In this document: piece by piece, positions 19,515-24,040 of the stretch
Layout: each line of letters begins with the position of its first letter
Position numbering within the stretch: position 1 is the first letter of the stretch
Origin: a virus
Taxonomy: Duplodnaviria; Caudoviricetes
DNA length: 24,040 nt
Virus record (IMG/VR): IMGVR_UViG_3300037245_000716
Coordinates: 1 to 24,040 of that record
Strand: one strand, 5' to 3'
Notes under the pieces: model-generated
The model's input: only the letters and a program-made list of their open reading frames with translations
What the model was told of the DNA's origin: nothing
Database searches by the model: none
Translations under genes and position numbers: made by a program

Positions 19515-20355
19515 TGATCGTCACTATAGAAGTGGATGGGTAAATACTACCTGTCCCTTCTGTACTGGCAATAGCAATGGACAACACTTAGGATGGAATA
19601 TTAGACAGCAATACTTTAGTTGTTTTAGATGTGGATTCAAACATCCCTATAAAGTACTGCGTAGCTTCATCCCTAACGAAAAGGATCTGGCTGCTATCTT
19701 GAAAGACTTCAAGGTTGGTAAAGTAAACATACGTAAAGAGGATGCTATACAGCAGGCTAATAGCTTAGTAATGCCTAAGCATAGGAACCTAACTGGTATG
19801 GCAAAGAAGTATATCAGGTCCAGGAAGTTTGATCCTAGTAGGCTAGCAAACCTATGGGGGTTGGTGTCTAGTCACGATCCACAGCTTAGGAAAAGGATCA
19901 TAGCACCTATTACCTTTAACAATAGGCTAGTGTCCTATCAGACTAGGGACATAACGGATGAAGCAAAGCTACGGTATATAACCTGTGCTAGAGAACTAGA
20001 GGTAGTACATCATAAGCATATAGTATACGGATACGATCAAGTACCTACAGATAGTGTGGTTATAGTAGAAGGCATCACAGATGTATGGAGGCTGGGCTAT
20101 GGTGCAGTATGTACCTTTGGCATTACGTTCACACCGCAGCAAGTTAGATTACTAGGTAACGCCTTTACTAATAGGTTTGTTCTATTTGATCAGACTGAAA
20201 AACAGGCGTTGCGTCAAGGTAAGAAGTTAGCGGAGCAGCTATCAATCTATCCTGGCAATACAGAGTACATAGAAATCAAGGGAGTTAATGCAAAGAGAGA
20301 TCCAGCACAGTACTCTAACCTGTTCGCTAGCAAATTAATGCAAAGCTTAAAGTAG
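19453..20355 (+). CDS. DNA primase (Zn-finger plus TOPRIM)
   Basis: GWVNTTCPFC...FSCFRCG, RIIAPI...LVSYQTRDI, VVIVEGITDVWRLG, VLFD, DP; GAGG RBS. Confidence 0.9.
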   Translation: MSMLDIEAIFRRYGVQVASSSDRHYRSGWVNTTCPFCTGNSNGQHLGWNIRQQYFSCFRCGFKHPYKVLRSFIPNEKDLAAILKDFKVGKVNIRKEDAIQQANSLVMPKHRNLTGMAKKYIRSRKFDPSRLANLWGLVSSHDPQLRKRIIAPITFNNRLVSYQTRDITDEAKLRYITCARELEVVHHKHIVYGYDQVPTDSVVIVEGITDVWRLGYGAVCTFGITFTPQQVRLLGNAFTNRFVLFDQTEKQALRQGKKLAEQLSIYPGNTEYIEIKGVNAKRDPAQYSNLFASKLMQSLK

Positions 20356-20382
20356 TCAATGTTTACGGGGGTAAAGTATCCT

Positions 20383-20411
20383 TTGACATATCCCGTAAAT
20401 TTTGATATACT
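20383..20411 (+). promoter_or_regulatory. Near-consensus sigma70 promoter
   Basis: TTGACA-17 nt-TATACT with TG extended -10. Confidence 0.85.
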
Positions 20412-20479
20412 TATTCCTTAAGCAAAAGGAATAGAAACATTACATAGATAGCATAACTAAACCAAGGAGTAAACAGAAA

Positions 20480-22078
<1,599 letters not shown>

Positions 22079-22101
22079 ATCTATATCCTTAGGCAGATAG
22101 G

Positions 22102-22140
22102 AAAGGACGCTACCTTAATTGGTAGTGTCCTTTTTTCTTT
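22102..22140 (+). terminator. Rho-independent terminator
   Basis: AAAGGACGCTACC-TTAATT-GGTAGTGTCCTTT followed by a T-rich tail. Confidence 0.85.
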
Positions 22141-22170
22141 CATAACACAGATTGAAATTGAAAGGTTACT

Positions 22171-22731
22171 ATGACAAGCAAGAAACTAGAAGTACTAGAC
22201 GTAGCATGGCTACGGCATATACAAGAGGCTAGACAAATAAGTGAACAAACTCTAAGGGATATAGGAGTCCCTGAAAGGTTCGTGGATATGGATGCTAGAT
22301 CAGATCGGGACAATCCATTCACTAATATAGTATTGCTCTCAGATAGGCAAGCGAAGGGCAAGGCGAAGGCATTGCTTACAGACTACATTGTAGCAGGGTT
22401 GGATACCTGCCAGCCTGGCACATCCTTCTGTGCTATTACATTCTGGGAGTTGATCGCATGTCTAACTGCATACAAGACAGAGCGTGAACCTAAGAAGCTA
22501 AGACAGAAGCTATATAGTTGTGATGCATTGTATGTATATGACTTTGGTATCTGTCAACTAAGAGAATGGGAGATGAAGGAAGTCTGTGCTTTACTAATGT
22601 CCAGATGGAATAGCCTCCAACATGTAGCACTAGCAGCGGAAGACATAACTCCTAACATAGTATCTAAGCATGTAGGTACAGCAACGTGGGGTATCCTTAA
22701 ACGATACTGTATTTGTAGGGAGGTAGTCTAG
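22171..22731 (+). CDS. Degenerate DnaC/IstB-like AAA+ protein (putative helicase loader)
   Basis: L.DIGVPERF, NIVLLS....KGKA, T..EL...L, L..CDALYVYDFG....EWE......L..RW; lies between the O-like gene and the helicase. Confidence 0.6.
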   Translation: MTSKKLEVLDVAWLRHIQEARQISEQTLRDIGVPERFVDMDARSDRDNPFTNIVLLSDRQAKGKAKALLTDYIVAGLDTCQPGTSFCAITFWELIACLTAYKTEREPKKLRQKLYSCDALYVYDFGICQLREWEMKEVCALLMSRWNSLQHVALAAEDITPNIVSKHVGTATWGILKRYCICREVV

Positions 22732-24040
22732 TGGCTGACGAAATAGTTAGAAAGAAAATGAAAGGTGGATTACAACGATTGATCCTGTTAGGAATGATTA
22801 CCGATACTCCCTTTGTAGAAAAGCTACTACCTATTATAGATACTAAATCGTTTAGTAGTAATGCTAGTAGGATCATATGTGAGTGGTGTATAGATCACTA
22901 TGAGTACTATCATAAAGCACCCTATCTAGATATACAGATAGTATATGAATCAAAGTCTAAACAACTTCAAGAAGAAGATAGGGATGCTGTGTCTGACCTA
23001 TTAGAAAATCTATCTAATGAAATGGATAGAAGGGGTAGTGACTTTTCCTGTGACTTTGCATTACAGCAAGCATTGGAGTTCTTCCAACGTAAGCACCTGG
23101 AAGCTAGTGTAGAGGAGATGCAAGATCTATTAGATGCTGGCGACCTAGAAGGCATGAAGGAAAAGCTTACTACTACTAACCCGCTAGAGTTTGAAGACCT
23201 TAAGGTAGAATCTACTAACGTACTAACAGATGCAGATACAATACGTAAAGGATTTGAAGATGCTAGTGATCCTCTAATCTATTTCCCTAATGCACTAGGG
23301 AACTTTATCAATGGCTTGTTTACTAGAAAATCATTCGTTGGTATACTAGCCCCAGAAAAAACAGGGAAGACTTGGCTGCTTAATGCTATTGGATTGCAAG
23401 GATTGAAAGCTAAGAAGAATGTAGCTATCTTTAACTGTGGTGATCTAGACAACGAAGAACAGGCAGTACGTTTCGGTATTACTTTATCCCGTAGGTCTAA
23501 CCTGGCAGAACATTGTGGTGAGTTTTATACCCCCGTGTTAGATTGTAGATGGAACCAAGAGAACAGTTGCAATAGAGAAGTAAGGACTAGCAAGGTAGGC
23601 ACAGCAGGTATAGAAGTAGTAGAGCCAGAAGATATAGAGCTAGCACATCCAGATTATGTAGCATGTAGGAAATGTTGTGGAGAGAAGCATTACAAAGGCG
23701 CAGCATGGTACAAGAAATTAAATATTGAAACTCCCCTTACATGGAGGGAAGCTCTAGTAGCTAATGAAAAGTTCTTAGACAGTAGAAACATTACAGCAGA
23801 TGCATTACGAATGAGAAGCTATCCATCAGATACCTTTTCAGTAGAGCAGGCAGAAAGACTACTGGAACAATGGGCATTGGAAGATGGGTGGACAGCAGAC
23901 ATTGTATTGTTTGATTACCTAGATGTAATGGCTACCGATAAATCATTGATTGGTACTAGACATGGAGAGAACCACAAGTGGAAACGTGCTAGAGGATTAG
24001 CACAGAAGTTTAATGCACTAGTAGTAACTCCTACCCAGGC
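22731..24040 (+). CDS. DnaB-family replicative helicase (3'-truncated; not in the ORF track)
   Basis: GGAGG RBS, GTG 22731 overlapping the upstream TAG; MADEIVRKK...; Walker A GILAPEKTGKTW (~23340-23375), DIVLFDYLDVM (~23898-23930), RGLAQKFNALVVTPTQ at the window end. Confidence 0.92.
   Translation, partial: MADEIVRKKMKGGLQRLILLGMITDTPFVEKLLPIIDTKSFSSNASRIICEWCIDHYEYYHKAPYLDIQIVYESKSKQLQEEDRDAVSDLLENLSNEMDRRGSDFSCDFALQQALEFFQRKHLEASVEEMQDLLDAGDLEGMKEKLTTTNPLEFEDLKVESTNVLTDADTIRKGFEDASDPLIYFPNALGNFINGLFTRKSFVGILAPEKTGKTWLLNAIGLQGLKAKKNVAIFNCGDLDNEEQAVRFGITLSRRSNLAEHCGEFYTPVLDCRWNQENSCNREVRTSKVGTAGIEVVEPEDIELAHPDYVACRKCCGEKHYKGAAWYKKLNIETPLTWREALVANEKFLDSRNITADALRMRSYPSDTFSVEQAERLLEQWALEDGWTADIVLFDYLDVMATDKSLIGTRHGENHKWKRARGLAQKFNALVVTPTQ

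Noticed and set aside
23500-23720. Intein in the helicase
   Set aside because: Insertion is too short and lacks the N-terminal C/S block and the C-terminal HN-C/S/T motif

Overview
This is a 24-kb piece of a tailed dsDNA phage (Caudoviricetes) genome with two divergent arms. The left arm (minus strand, 1-6190) is an HK97-fold head/packaging module: small terminase, two small unknown genes, large terminase, portal, prohead protease, major capsid protein, a terminator and the start of the next gene. The centre (~6200-9690) is a ~3.5-kb largely non-coding, repeat-rich block holding one transcription unit (a 27-aa membrane peptide plus a protein with 33 consecutive Glu). It also carries 10 co-oriented TGCCCTT heptamers, a 25-bp tandem repeat with an inverted partner 2.3 kb away, GGCA-N7-TGCC palindromes and G-tract clusters on opposite strands, and probably marks the genome end/pac site or the replication origin. 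The right arm (plus strand, 9699-24040) is a run of small early genes, many preceded by one conserved ~26-nt leader (CTAGACAACCCAAAAGGAATAGACAG..ATG). It continues into a replication module: SNF2/HARP-like helicase, TOPRIM primase, an acidic protein ending in a lambda-O-like C-terminal domain, a degenerate DnaC-like AAA+ protein and a DnaB-family helicase cut off by the window edge. CTAG/TAG/CTA are unusually abundant except in the capsid gene. All assignments come from motif recognition by eye; no searches were run.
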